Shown piece by piece: positions 45,735 through 54,982 of a DNA stretch of 59,727 bases. Numbering within the stretch: position 1 is the stretch's first letter; each line of letters starts with the position of its first letter. Source of the stretch: a virus (taxonomy: Duplodnaviria; Caudoviricetes). Both the position numbers and the translations under genes were made by a program. Where the stretch lies: the IMG/VR virus record IMGVR_UViG_3300010412_000015, positions 1 to 59,727 of that record; one strand, written 5' to 3'. Under the pieces are notes generated by a model, which made no database searches, was not told the origin of the DNA, and was given only the letters and a program-made list of their open reading frames with translations.

Positions 45735-46574
45735 ATGGAAGCCTCTTGGTATCTGCTCCACATCCGCCCCGCTCCTCCTTCCAAGGAGGATCAGGAGAAG
45801 GCTGCGACCAAAGAGGAGCAGGACAAAGAGACGACCAGCCCGGACAAGGCTGAGACCGACAAGGCCGAGGAGCAGGTCGAGGAAGAGAAGCACGAGATGC
45901 TTCGGGTGCCTCAGGTGGGCACGCCTGTTGTCCACTTCCTTGGGCTCGGCGGGGACGACGAGCGCAAGAAGAAGGACCTCGACAACCCGCTGTGGGAGAA
46001 GATCCAAGACGAGGCCCGCCCTGCCTGGGCGCCGGACCTGCTCCGCCTCGGCTACACGGTGGTGTTCAAGCGCGAGGGGCTGCCCAAGCTCGCCGCCAAG
46101 CTCGGCATCAAGAATCCTCGCAACGTCACCAAGGAAGAACACCAGAAGGCCCGGGATCGAATCCTGACCTTCGACGACGTGTGGGTCATCGGGGTTGTCC
46201 CTCACCGGATGCCCATGTACTTCCCTGACAAGGACCTCAAGCCCGAGGACTGGTGGCTGGCCACCAAGGAGTCCAAGAGCATCACGTCGCCGTACCTCGC
46301 CCCCGGCGGAGCGACGGTGGCCACCGGAGCGCAGCGTTTGGCCGATGTGGTCATCTCGATGCTGCGTCAGCCGAACGGTTTCCCTCGTATCGTGCCGACC
46401 ATCGAAGAGGTACGGAACGACATGTCGGAGTTCATCAACCCACTGGTGCCAATCAAGCCGGTTTCCCCGGAGCCCTCGGGCGCACCTGATAGCACCAACT
46501 ATCGAGTCGGCTACGACCCGGAGACCGGCTACGGCTGGGCTGGCATCGAGCTGTTCCGCTACGGCTGGAAGTAA
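45735..46574 (+). CDS. Hypothetical protein
   Basis: 279-aa ORF with a charged linker. Confidence 0.6.
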   Translation: MEASWYLLHIRPAPPSKEDQEKAATKEEQDKETTSPDKAETDKAEEQVEEEKHEMLRVPQVGTPVVHFLGLGGDDERKKKDLDNPLWEKIQDEARPAWAPDLLRLGYTVVFKREGLPKLAAKLGIKNPRNVTKEEHQKARDRILTFDDVWVIGVVPHRMPMYFPDKDLKPEDWWLATKESKSITSPYLAPGGATVATGAQRLADVVISMLRQPNGFPRIVPTIEEVRNDMSEFINPLVPIKPVSPEPSGAPDSTNYRVGYDPETGYGWAGIELFRYGWK

Positions 46575-46585
46575 GGACGTGAGCC

Positions 46586-47257
46586 ATGAAGTCTGAAGAC
46601 CGAAAGCAAGTTGCTGCTGCTCTCCGCGCCGCCGCCGCTGTCCTGGAGGGCAAGGTGGCCGTCAGTGCCTACAAGAAGGGCACCCATGTTCCGGTTCGCG
46701 ACCTGCCCCGTGTGGTCCAGCAGGCCCTCAAGTCCGTCGGATACCACAAGACGGACGTGGAGCTGGTTCCCTCCGAGACCTTCACCCGTGGCGGCGGCTC
46801 TGCCTTCGAGGGCAACCGAGCCTACAACGTCTTCGTGAACCTCAAGACCAACAAGTACCAGAGCGAGTACGGGTCCTGGGGCGGCTCCAACGCCTTCGAG
46901 CAGAAGGGCGCTGACGTGGACACCGCCAAGCGTCCGCTGCCCGACGGCATCCTTCACATCCAGGGAGAGGGCGGCGGCCGGGGCAACTTCGCCCGCATCT
47001 ACGTCAACCCCCAGACTCTGGCGCCTCTGATGCCGGCGGCCGAAGAGGTCACGGATGAGGAGCAGAAGGCCATCCGCATCATCGACGGCATCAAGTCGAG
47101 CTATCGAGATGATGAGTTCCGACGGGCTCGCCTCGGTCCCTACAGCCTCAACAACCCCATCATCCAGAGCCTGCTCAGCAAGGGCATGGTCAAGACGAAC
47201 CGGGCTGGGGCCATCATGATTACGACGAAGGGCAAGAACGCCCGCACTGGGTGGTGA
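46586..47257 (+). CDS. Protein with the shared leader and a C-terminal winged-helix-like domain
   Basis: MKSEDRKQVAAALRAAAAVLEGKVAVSA; SLLSKGMVKTNRAGAIMITTKGK. Confidence 0.7.
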   Translation: MKSEDRKQVAAALRAAAAVLEGKVAVSAYKKGTHVPVRDLPRVVQQALKSVGYHKTDVELVPSETFTRGGGSAFEGNRAYNVFVNLKTNKYQSEYGSWGGSNAFEQKGADVDTAKRPLPDGILHIQGEGGGRGNFARIYVNPQTLAPLMPAAEEVTDEEQKAIRIIDGIKSSYRDDEFRRARLGPYSLNNPIIQSLLSKGMVKTNRAGAIMITTKGKNARTGW

Positions 47258-47261
47258 TCCC

Positions 47262-48011
47262 ATGGACCAAAGCACTCGCAAGAAGGTGGCCGCGTCTCTT
47301 CTGGCGACTGCCCGGGTCCTGGAGGCGAAGCTCAACTTCGGCATCTCCAATCTGTTCGTCAATGATGTAGGGGGAGACACCTGGCCGGAGCCTGCCGGCT
47401 GGGACCTCGACAACTACGCCTTCCCACACGACAAGTACGGTGGCTACGCGGGCATCACGTACCAGTACGTGGGCGGAAACAACCCAGCCCTGTTTGTTGA
47501 TTTCGAGATCGGCAAGGCTTCCGGCAACGACCCTCTCCCGCGAGGGAGTGGCGACTTCTCCTGGAACCAGCGGGCCAAAGGCCCGCGCCAGGTCAAGCCC
47601 AACACCTACGAGATCCGTGGGTTCGGAGAGACCAAGAAGGGGACGTGGGATTCCGTCCGGGACATCCCCGGCATCCTCCAGCAGGCCGTCCGGTGGAATG
47701 ACCAGATGATGGCCAGGCTGCTTCAGAAGGTAAAGCGCCTGAATGTCGCCGGGTGGGACATCCAGATCGACGGCACGGAGGCCCACGCTACCTACGAGCA
47801 GCTTCCCGAGTTCGACGACAGCCACCTGACGGTGACCTTCCGCGACCTGGATGAGGTCTTCGCTGGCGAGGAAGGCATCGCAGAGGTCTTCTACGCCCAT
47901 GGCGCAGACTACGGGGGCTTCTTCGGCAAGAAGGGGTATGAGGAGAGCTTCTCCTCCTTCCAGGACATGGTGAAGATCCTGAAGAAGGCCGAGCGCTTGC
48001 TTCAGAAGTAG
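47262..48011 (+). CDS. Hypothetical protein with the shared leader
   Basis: MDQSTRKKVAASLLATARVLEA. Confidence 0.7.
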   Translation: MDQSTRKKVAASLLATARVLEAKLNFGISNLFVNDVGGDTWPEPAGWDLDNYAFPHDKYGGYAGITYQYVGGNNPALFVDFEIGKASGNDPLPRGSGDFSWNQRAKGPRQVKPNTYEIRGFGETKKGTWDSVRDIPGILQQAVRWNDQMMARLLQKVKRLNVAGWDIQIDGTEAHATYEQLPEFDDSHLTVTFRDLDEVFAGEEGIAEVFYAHGADYGGFFGKKGYEESFSSFQDMVKILKKAERLLQK

Positions 48012-48019
48012 GAGTCGAG

Positions 48020-48310
48020 ATGGCGAAGTTCTGGGCCTGGCTGAAGCCGAAGCTCATCTGGATCGCAGCCGGGGCTGGAGCAATCATCAGCCTCCTCATC
48101 GCCATTGCGACCTTGGGTCGCTCTCGGCCGATTGGGGGAGGAGGCAAGCCACCTCCTCGGCCCGAGCTGGAAGACGTGCCGGATGTCAAAGTCCCGGACG
48201 TGAAGACCGACTTCGAGACCAAGCCGGCCGACAAGTACGAAGAGAAGAAGGCCGAGCCGAAGCGGAACGGGCAGGACGTGATCGACGACCTGAACAACAG
48301 CTTCAACTAG
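48020..48310 (+). CDS. Membrane-anchored protein (spanin-like candidate)
   Basis: N-terminal TM segment, Pro-rich linker; RBS AGGAG. Confidence 0.55.
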   Translation: MAKFWAWLKPKLIWIAAGAGAIISLLIAIATLGRSRPIGGGGKPPPRPELEDVPDVKVPDVKTDFETKPADKYEEKKAEPKRNGQDVIDDLNNSFN

Positions 48311-48435
48311 CGCTTGCCCACTGTGGATTCTAGGTGTAGTTGTACGCTCCTCATCATGCTGGAAGTACACTTGAGAATCCGCCATGCTGGTCAAGCTGAG
48401 TCAACACTACATGCACACGGTGTGCAGGAGGCAAC

Positions 48436-48906
48436 ATGCGCCTGCTAGCGCTGGTGTCACTGCTCGCCGTGGCGGCGGACGTTCCCCCACCGGCCTTGGC
48501 GGTGGACGCAACCTGCGTGGACTACGCGGACAGCCACACGTTGGTGCGCAAGGACGTGTTGGCCCAGCTCAACGCGGACCACAAGAATCTGCCCCTGTGT
48601 GAAGAGGGCCTGAAGCAGGCCCAGGTGGACCTGACGCAGGCACAAGCCGACCTCCTGGCCTTGAAGAAGGCTGCTGAGGAACAGCAGGTGGCCATCGCCA
48701 AGCTCAAGGCCCAGAAGGAGATCCTTGAGCGCCACATCACCAAGCTCGAAGGGCTGACCTGCCCTGAGCCCACGGTTGGTGACCAGATTGCTCAGACCTG
48801 GGAGTCGGTGGACGGCTCGGTGGGAATGGCCGCCGGGTACGCTCTCGGGACCGGCATGTGCATCGGGATGGCTTGGGTTTTCAACCAGCCGGACTTCACG
48901 CGGTAG
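48436..48906 (+). CDS. Exported coiled-coil protein with a C-terminal membrane anchor (spanin-like candidate)
   Basis: Signal peptide, heptads, C-terminal hydrophobic segment; RBS AGGAGG. Confidence 0.55.
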   Translation: MRLLALVSLLAVAADVPPPALAVDATCVDYADSHTLVRKDVLAQLNADHKNLPLCEEGLKQAQVDLTQAQADLLALKKAAEEQQVAIAKLKAQKEILERHITKLEGLTCPEPTVGDQIAQTWESVDGSVGMAAGYALGTGMCIGMAWVFNQPDFTR

Positions 48907-48971
48907 ATCAGACGGGCGAACCTCGTGCTCATGTGACACACTGCATCAAACCCATGCACTGAGGTCATGAC

Positions 48972-49211
48972 ATGAAGTTCCTCTTCCCCATTCTCGCCCT
49001 CGCCCTCGTCGGTGCTTGCACCACCACCTCCGAAGTTCCAGATGCGGGCGCTGACGCCGGTGAAGTCAGCGACGCCGGTGAGGCCACCTCCGATGCTGGT
49101 GAGGCCACCTCCGATGCTGGTGAGGCCACCTCCGACGCAGGCGCGAACGACGCTGGCTCGGAGGTCCCCGATGCTGGTTCCTCCGACGCAGGTGCGAGCG
49201 ACGCCGGCTGA
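48972..49211 (+). CDS. Lipoprotein with DAG repeats
   Basis: Lipobox LVGAC; DAGEATS x3. Confidence 0.7.
   Translation: MKFLFPILALALVGACTTTSEVPDAGADAGEVSDAGEATSDAGEATSDAGEATSDAGANDAGSEVPDAGSSDAGASDAG
49071..49133 (+). repeat. 21-bp coding tandem repeat, three copies
   Basis: GA(C/T)GC(C/T)GGTGAGGCCACCTCC encoding DAGEATS. Confidence 0.75.
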
Positions 49212-49318
49212 CGGATGAGTGGACTTGGCCCGAAAGGGCCAGGTCTACCTCTTGAATCCAGGCTCTTCCGGCAGGACGCATCCATCCTGAGATGTACCCT
49301 CAGCGCATGGAGTGCGTC

Positions 49319-49582
49319 ATGAAGAAGACCCTGATTGCTCTTTCCGCCCTGGCTCTCTTCGCTCTCGGCTGCCCCAAGCAGTGCGACGACGAGCCTTCCC
49401 AGGCTGTTGCCGACGCCGGGAAGGCTGAGGCTTCCGCCCCGGAAGCCGTGGCTGATGCTGGTGCTGGCGAACCCGAGGCCAAGGCCGATGCTGGTGAGGC
49501 CGCTGCTGAGGGCGAGGCCGCGAAGCCTGGAAAGGCCGACGCGGAGAAGCCCGAGTCCGCCAAGGGCAAGAAGGGCGAATGA
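49319..49582 (+). CDS. Lipoprotein with ADAG repeats
   Basis: MKKTLIALSALALFALGC lipobox; low-complexity Ala/Glu tail. Confidence 0.7.
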   Translation: MKKTLIALSALALFALGCPKQCDDEPSQAVADAGKAEASAPEAVADAGAGEPEAKADAGEAAAEGEAAKPGKADAEKPESAKGKKGE

Positions 49583-49692
49583 AAGCGGCCCTCATCATCC
49601 TGGCGATTCTGGCCTGCATCCTTCTTTGGTGCGGGAACGGGTCAGAATCTCCTCCGGATGACGATCCCCCGACGGAGCCCATCGAGGAATAG
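49579..49692 (+). CDS. Very small membrane peptide, 37 aa
   Basis: MKAALIILAILACILLWCGNGSESPPDDDPPTEPIEE; ATGA overlap with the upstream gene. Confidence 0.45.
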   Translation: MKAALIILAILACILLWCGNGSESPPDDDPPTEPIEE

Positions 49693-49694
49693 GG

Positions 49695-49988
49695 ATGGAC
49701 CACAAGGCGAGGACTCTGGTGGCGAAGGCTTTGAGAGACGCAGCGAACGTCCTGGAGGGGAGGGGTCCAACCCATCCCCAGGCCATCTTTCGCTTCGGCT
49801 CCAAACCAAACCAAGCCCCCGTCATGCAGTTCCTTCGCGAGTTCCTCCAGGAGTACGCGGCAGCGGGGAACGACCTCATGGAGGGCAAACACCCGGGTGA
49901 GCGGGTGGAGCGGTTGCAGAACCTGGCGACACGCATCAACATGGACCTCGATGAGTTGATCGCTGCCGTGGAGGCGCTGTATCCATGA
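49695..49988 (+). CDS. Small protein with the shared leader
   Basis: MDHKARTLVAKALRDAANVLEG. Confidence 0.7.
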   Translation: MDHKARTLVAKALRDAANVLEGRGPTHPQAIFRFGSKPNQAPVMQFLREFLQEYAAAGNDLMEGKHPGERVERLQNLATRINMDLDELIAAVEALYP

Positions 49989-50299
49989 CCCCCGAACAAG
50001 TAGTTGAGGCCCTCAGGGGCATGTCCAACAAGGACGTTCAGAAGGTAGCGGAGCTGGCAACCCGTTTGTTCACTCAGCGCGCCGACGACATCTACTCCGA
50101 GGACCCGGAGAACAACGGGCGCCCGGCCCAGCACTGGGCCGACATCGCAATGCTGTTCGAGCAGATCGCGTTGGTCGGCGAAGAGCCGGAAGACGACAAC
50201 CCCGTTGACGATCCGGAGCTTGAGCAGGAAACTCCCCGCCCTACCACGGTATCCCAGGCGATTGCCGCATCGGGACGAGATCCGTGGGGTGGGCGGTGA
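49985..50299 (+). CDS. Hypothetical protein
   Basis: ATGA-coupled 104-aa ORF. Confidence 0.55.
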   Translation: MTPEQVVEALRGMSNKDVQKVAELATRLFTQRADDIYSEDPENNGRPAQHWADIAMLFEQIALVGEEPEDDNPVDDPELEQETPRPTTVSQAIAASGRDPWGGR

Positions 50300-50302
50300 T
50301 GC

Positions 50303-51274
50303 GTGAAGCCTCTGTTCAAGACCCCATCGCAAGACAAGAACAAGTACCATGATGTGGATACCGTCGTCCTCGACGTGTCGTGGATGGCGAAGCGTCATGC
50401 CAACGCCCTCGGCAAACGGTTCCTGACTTCCGATGGCCGGATGAGCGGCCACGTCTACGGCGCGTTCAAGGACGTGAAGTCCCTCCTGGGCTCCCTGAGG
50501 CCCCGTAGGTTGGCGTTCGCCTACGACCGGGGGTACCAGTGGCGACTCGACCTCCTGCCGGACTACAAGGCGTCTCGGAGGCCCGTGAGCGGTACGCTGG
50601 ACGCCTTCTCGCCGACTCCGGACCTGGAGCGGATGTTCCGGACCTTCCCCGGCCTTCACCTCAGCTATGACGATGCTGAGGCAGATGACATGGCGGCCTG
50701 GATGGCTCTGAACCACGAGCGCAGCGGCGCCCTGGTCATCTACTCCAAGGACAAGGACCTCTGGCAGCTCGTGTCCGATGCCGATGAGGTCGCCTGCATG
50801 TTCCCGCACAAAGCTGAGCCGCGTGCCAAGAGCCAGCGGTTGTGGGTGCGCGAAGCCATCGTCGAGAAAGACTTCGGGGTGAAGCCTCAGCATCTGGCCA
50901 AGCTCAAGGCCCTGGCCGGCGACACCTCTGACATGATCAAGGGGCTCACAGGCGGCAAGAAGTCGGGCAAGAAGGAGGCGGTCAAAGCCTTCGCCATGGA
51001 CTCCAGCTCCGACGACTACTTCAACCCAGAGGTGGCTAACCCCAAGATCAACGCCGCCGACTTCCTGGTCCAGCCCTTGATGGATGAGCGGGATCGACTC
51101 CTGGCCAACTTCCAGGTGACCTCGCTACCCAACGCGGTCAAGCGCATCACTACCGAGCCCATCGAGAAGACTGAGGCCGATCTGGCCGGTGCTCTCGGCA
51201 TTATGGCCGAGTTCGAGTGCGACTCCTTGATGGCCCAGGTCGAGCCGTTGTTCAAGGAGCTGACAGCTCCCTGA
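50303..51274 (+). CDS. 5'-3' exonuclease (Pol I N-terminal/T4 RNase H family)
   Basis: VLDVS, FAYD, RLDLLPDYKASR, EADD, SKDKDLWQL, LAGDTSDMIKG. Confidence 0.9.
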   Translation: MKPLFKTPSQDKNKYHDVDTVVLDVSWMAKRHANALGKRFLTSDGRMSGHVYGAFKDVKSLLGSLRPRRLAFAYDRGYQWRLDLLPDYKASRRPVSGTLDAFSPTPDLERMFRTFPGLHLSYDDAEADDMAAWMALNHERSGALVIYSKDKDLWQLVSDADEVACMFPHKAEPRAKSQRLWVREAIVEKDFGVKPQHLAKLKALAGDTSDMIKGLTGGKKSGKKEAVKAFAMDSSSDDYFNPEVANPKINAADFLVQPLMDERDRLLANFQVTSLPNAVKRITTEPIEKTEADLAGALGIMAEFECDSLMAQVEPLFKELTAP

Positions 51275-51776
51275 GCTTGAAGGCGCAGGCTCGGGTCAAA
51301 GCCCAGCGTAGCCACAACTCGTCCTTCCATAGGTCACGGTGGGCCACGTAGAACTGGTCATGGATGGACCGGACGTGATCCCAGCGCCGGATCGAATCCC
51401 AGTGTTCGCGAGTCGAGGCCACCGGTAGGGCTATCATGCGTTGCGTGAACTGTGACACGCAAACATATATGTCTGCTGGCTTTTCCCGAGAATCTACCCC
51501 AGACACCGTGTCGATCATGATGTCGTCGAAGGGAAAGTCCTCTGGGCTCGTGAAGCGGGCGCCTCGGCTTTTGACTTCCAAGGTGTAGCCGTAGACAGTG
51601 ATGTCTACCTGGTCCTTGAAGTCCTTGGCTTCGGCGATGTTGTCGCGAACGATGAGGCGACCGATGCCAGCGTCGAGGCCCCAGCCCGTGATGCGCTTGT
51701 AGACGTACTCTTCCCACTTGCGGCCCTTGAGCAGCTCGGACTTGAAGAGTTCGTCGTTCTCAGACCAGGCAGGCAC
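51252..51776 (-). CDS. PD-(D/E)XK nuclease-like protein
   Basis: GRKWEEYV...VDITV...LEVKSR. Confidence 0.6.
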   Translation of the reverse strand: MPAWSENDELFKSELLKGRKWEEYVYKRITGWGLDAGIGRLIVRDNIAEAKDFKDQVDITVYGYTLEVKSRGARFTSPEDFPFDDIMIDTVSGVDSREKPADIYVCVSQFTQRMIALPVASTREHWDSIRRWDHVRSIHDQFYVAHRDLWKDELWLRWALTRACAFKLRELSAP

Positions 51777-51778
51777 GC

Positions 51779-51934
51779 CTACTTGACTACCACAGGACCC
51801 TGAATCTCACCACACTTCGGGCACGGGGCATCCCGGTCCAAAGTCTGTTCCCATCGGTGGCTACACTTCGGGCACCGGTACACGCCGATTGGAAGGTCTT
51901 GAAGGTAGGACGGAATCTTCTTCTGTTTTCCCAT
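51779..51934 (-). CDS. Small Zn-ribbon protein, 51 aa
   Basis: Manual translation MGKQKKIP...YRCPKCSHRWE...PCPKCGE; start abuts the endA stop. Confidence 0.6.
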   Translation of the reverse strand: MGKQKKIPSYLQDLPIGVYRCPKCSHRWEQTLDRDAPCPKCGEIQGPVVVK

Positions 51935-52848
51935 CAGTCCTCTGGGCAAAGGGCCGCTGCGTTACAGGCGCAGCCTGGTTGTGTGGAACACGTCTTGTCG
52001 GTCGAGATACAGGCATCTCCGCACGCCTGCGAGGTCTTGCAGACCCGACAGCATTCGGCCTTCGGAGTACAGGGCTTCCCATTGTGGACGTGGGAGTGCT
52101 TCGAGACGAAGGTGTTCGAAACCCCCTGTAGCTCAGTGATCTTGCGGTCCCGCTCAAGCTCCCACTCGGTCGGCGGGTCTGCTTCGCTCCAGGCACGGTA
52201 CTGGACCATCTCCTCGTCGAGGAGCTTCAGGCCCCAGACCTTGGCCATGTAGAGGTAGGCGCGAGCGACCTCCCCGAGGACAGCATCTCGTGGCTCCGCT
52301 ACCGTGCTGTTCGTCTCGAAGTCACAGGCGCCATACTCCCGAGGCTCGCCAGCCACGGTGTCAAACTCCTTGTCCGAGCGGTCGGCGTTCAGCTCTCCGA
52401 TCGCCGGCCAGAGATTCTGGAGGTCCGCCTCCATGGCCTTGAACTCTGGGTCAACCTTCCGGCAACAGTTCCGTGAGGAGAGGAGCCCGCCTGAGCTAGT
52501 GCGGCACTCCTCGAACGCCTCGCGCTGCTCCCAGCACTTGCGGCCCTTGCCCATCCGGGCAGCGGGGACGATGTGCTCCCATTCGATGCGGACGGTCCTC
52601 AGGTTCACGTCGCCAGAGGACGTGAACATGTTCCTCGGCACGTAGCCGCACTTGTCGTCGGAGACGTTGCCCTCGGCATCGAAGTCACAGCCACAGTAGA
52701 AGGTCTCACGGTGTGGGGCCGTGACCTCCATTGCCCGCTTCTTCGCCGTGGTGAACGAAGTGGTCGTGGGCCTGACCTCAGAGGCGACCACGGTGACCGC
52801 AACAAGGGAGGCAGCGATCACCGTGAGGACGATAGGTTCGAGCTTCAT
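51934..52848 (-). CDS. endA: Endonuclease I family, exported, with a Cys-rich C-terminal tail
   Basis: Signal peptide, TFYCGC, RIEWEHIVPA, MEADLQNLWPAIGELNADRS, GEVARAYLYM. Confidence 0.88.
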   Translation of the reverse strand: MKLEPIVLTVIAASLVAVTVVASEVRPTTTSFTTAKKRAMEVTAPHRETFYCGCDFDAEGNVSDDKCGYVPRNMFTSSGDVNLRTVRIEWEHIVPAARMGKGRKCWEQREAFEECRTSSGGLLSSRNCCRKVDPEFKAMEADLQNLWPAIGELNADRSDKEFDTVAGEPREYGACDFETNSTVAEPRDAVLGEVARAYLYMAKVWGLKLLDEEMVQYRAWSEADPPTEWELERDRKITELQGVSNTFVSKHSHVHNGKPCTPKAECCRVCKTSQACGDACISTDKTCSTQPGCACNAAALCPED

Positions 52849-52890
52849 CTCCTAAGAGTGCATACTTGGGGTGTAGGAGAGAGGAAGCCG

Positions 52891-53514
52891 ATGAACGCTG
52901 ACGCCCGCGCAAAGGTCGCACAGACACTCCGAATCGCTGCCCGCTCCCTTCTTCAGGGTATGGCCTACGATCCAGACAGTGCGGCCGACCGAGCTGAACT
53001 GGCCAGCCAGCTCAAACAGAAGCTCGGAGCTATCGGCTTCGTCGAGTCCACTCGACGCACCCGTGACCCAGGCCGTCACTACAAGCGGCATGAGGCCGGT
53101 GGGTACAAGGGCAAGGAGCTGGTCCTGGTCTTTCGCCACCGCAAGGACCCGGGCCTGGTCATCAACATCTTCACCTCCATCGTGGAGGGCGGCGTCCGCA
53201 CCAAGGGCGCCGACGCCATTCGCATCTGTACCGAGTACGAGACCAAGGCTCTTCGCGAGGACAAGGAGGAGGGCGCCTATTCCACTCAGAACCTCGTGTT
53301 CCAGCGTCCTCTCCAGAAGGGGCAGGAGCTGAGCCAGTGCCTCATCCAGCGGCGCGGAGCCTCGGTGGATGACATCGTGGAACGTGTCGTGGAACGTGCC
53401 CGCGCAGCCTACCGGGCGCTGAACCTGGTGAAGCGATGCACTCGCTGTCAGGCGCCGATGGCCCTGTCCAAGCAGGGCAAGGAATACTGCGCTGAGACCT
53501 GCTGGAAGAGGTAA
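52891..53514 (+). CDS. Protein with the shared leader and a C-terminal Zn ribbon
   Basis: MNADARAKVAQTLRIAARSLLQG; CTRCQAPM...YCAETCW; RBS AGGA. Confidence 0.7.
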   Translation: MNADARAKVAQTLRIAARSLLQGMAYDPDSAADRAELASQLKQKLGAIGFVESTRRTRDPGRHYKRHEAGGYKGKELVLVFRHRKDPGLVINIFTSIVEGGVRTKGADAIRICTEYETKALREDKEEGAYSTQNLVFQRPLQKGQELSQCLIQRRGASVDDIVERVVERARAAYRALNLVKRCTRCQAPMALSKQGKEYCAETCWKR

Positions 53515-53517
53515 GCC

Positions 53518-54294
53518 GTGGCCTTCGCCGACTACGACATCGGGTACAGCTTCTACAACGCCAGCTACATGGAGAATGCCCCGAACGGGACCGCTCGTCT
53601 CAACGCGAGCGTTACTCCGAACCCGTTGACGACAACCGGGGCGTACTGCCGCGAGTTCCGGCACGTTGTCACGGCCGCTGCGTTCACCCGCGCCAGTGAG
53701 TTCAAGGCCGAGATCAGTGCGGCAGTGGCGGGAGGCAACTTCGTCAATACCCCAAGCACTGTTGCCCTCTCCTTGCGTGCTCGGGTCCGCATGAACTTCC
53801 AGAGCGGGACGTACTCGAATACGATCACGAACCCGCTGGTCAGCTTGTTCGCCTTCGCCCCGCCTATCGGCACTGATGCCAACTTCGGTGGGGGCTACGA
53901 GCTGGCGCTCCAGCAGGACACGTCCACGACAGTGAGGCTTGCAATCCGGGCCTCGACTGGCGGGCTGTCCCGCGCTACCGGCGCGGCAGCTCAGGCGGCT
54001 TCGGCCCACCGGGTGACGTGCTCAGGATCGTACACCTTCAACACCTGGTATCACATCCGAATGGACGTGGTGCCCAATGGGACCTCGCAAAAAACCATCA
54101 CCGCGTTCACTTCCGCTGATGAAGGAGTGACCTGGGATCAGGTCGGCTCCTACACGGTCACCAGCGCGGACTCTGGCATCTGGTCTTCAACTGGTCGGTG
54201 CGGTTTCTCGTCCTATCTCGCTACTTCCTCAAGTAGCGCTATCACCCATCGACACTATGTCGATGACTTCCAAGCGTACTCCGTGGCGGTATGA
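53518..54294 (+). CDS. Lectin/ConA-like beta-sandwich protein, probably structural
   Basis: Thr/Ser/Ala-rich; NTWYHIRMDV, GRCGF, YVDDF. Confidence 0.55.
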   Translation: MAFADYDIGYSFYNASYMENAPNGTARLNASVTPNPLTTTGAYCREFRHVVTAAAFTRASEFKAEISAAVAGGNFVNTPSTVALSLRARVRMNFQSGTYSNTITNPLVSLFAFAPPIGTDANFGGGYELALQQDTSTTVRLAIRASTGGLSRATGAAAQAASAHRVTCSGSYTFNTWYHIRMDVVPNGTSQKTITAFTSADEGVTWDQVGSYTVTSADSGIWSSTGRCGFSSYLATSSSSAITHRHYVDDFQAYSVAV

Positions 54295-54617
54295 TCGTAG
54301 GGCTCTTGATTGCACTGATGGTCCCCGGCCCCATGGCCCCGGGCTGGGACGCCGCGATGTGCTTGCCTGGTAGGTCTGACCCTCCCCGCTACTACTTCTC
54401 GGCCTGCGAGCCTCGTGCAGTTGACTGGGAAGGCTTCTGCTCTCGCTTTGGAACACGCTTCTCGGTGAGGACTGGGCTCAAGACCTCCAAAGAGGAGTGC
54501 CTTGATGCGGTGCGCCAAAACCATCCCAACATGAGGCGGTATCGCGACCGGAAGCAACCGCTCATCTGCGACTTCAACATCGAAGGTCCGTTGCCATCTT
54601 TCTGCTATGGCCCTTGA
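54291..54617 (+). CDS. Cys-rich exported small protein
   Basis: Hydrophobic N-terminus and six Cys. Confidence 0.45.
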   Translation: MIVGLLIALMVPGPMAPGWDAAMCLPGRSDPPRYYFSACEPRAVDWEGFCSRFGTRFSVRTGLKTSKEECLDAVRQNHPNMRRYRDRKQPLICDFNIEGPLPSFCYGP

Positions 54618-54861
54618 CCTCAACAATCGGTTCCAGCATCAGCCCTGGTACATCCGTCTCTGGCGACGACGGCATCTCATTCCAGTGCCCTTCCTGGCTC
54701 TTCGCGGATGGATTCGCTGCTGGGGCCTCCCGGACAACGAGTTCCGGATCATGTGGCGAATAGCGATGGGAGACGCTTGCTTCAAGATGCAGTGGTTCTA
54801 CACCCAGGAAGAGGTTATGAACCAACTCCGCCCTCGGAAAAGCGGAGAACCCCCCTCGTAA
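54607..54861 (+). CDS. Hypothetical protein
   Basis: 84-aa ORF; RFQHQPWYIRLWRRRHL. Confidence 0.5.
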   Translation: MALDLNNRFQHQPWYIRLWRRRHLIPVPFLALRGWIRCWGLPDNEFRIMWRIAMGDACFKMQWFYTQEEVMNQLRPRKSGEPPS

Positions 54862-54982
54862 GCTCCGCAACTCAGGTCCGGGTGTTCGAGTGGCCTGAGC
54901 GCCCAGGCCCCACGCCTTTCCTGATGGCTACTCCCGGCTCGACGGCCTGCTTCAGCCGGTTGTGACCAAGGGGGTTCCCCGA

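Noticed and set aside
51812-51875. Direct repeat ACACTTCGGGCAC
   Set aside because: Encodes the two CPKC knuckles of the minus-strand Zn-ribbon protein
23302-52876. GGTGTA word upstream of several genes (about 23303, 35592, 48333, 52870)
   Set aside because: Short, with inconsistent distance to starts; cannot be told from chance without a statistical test
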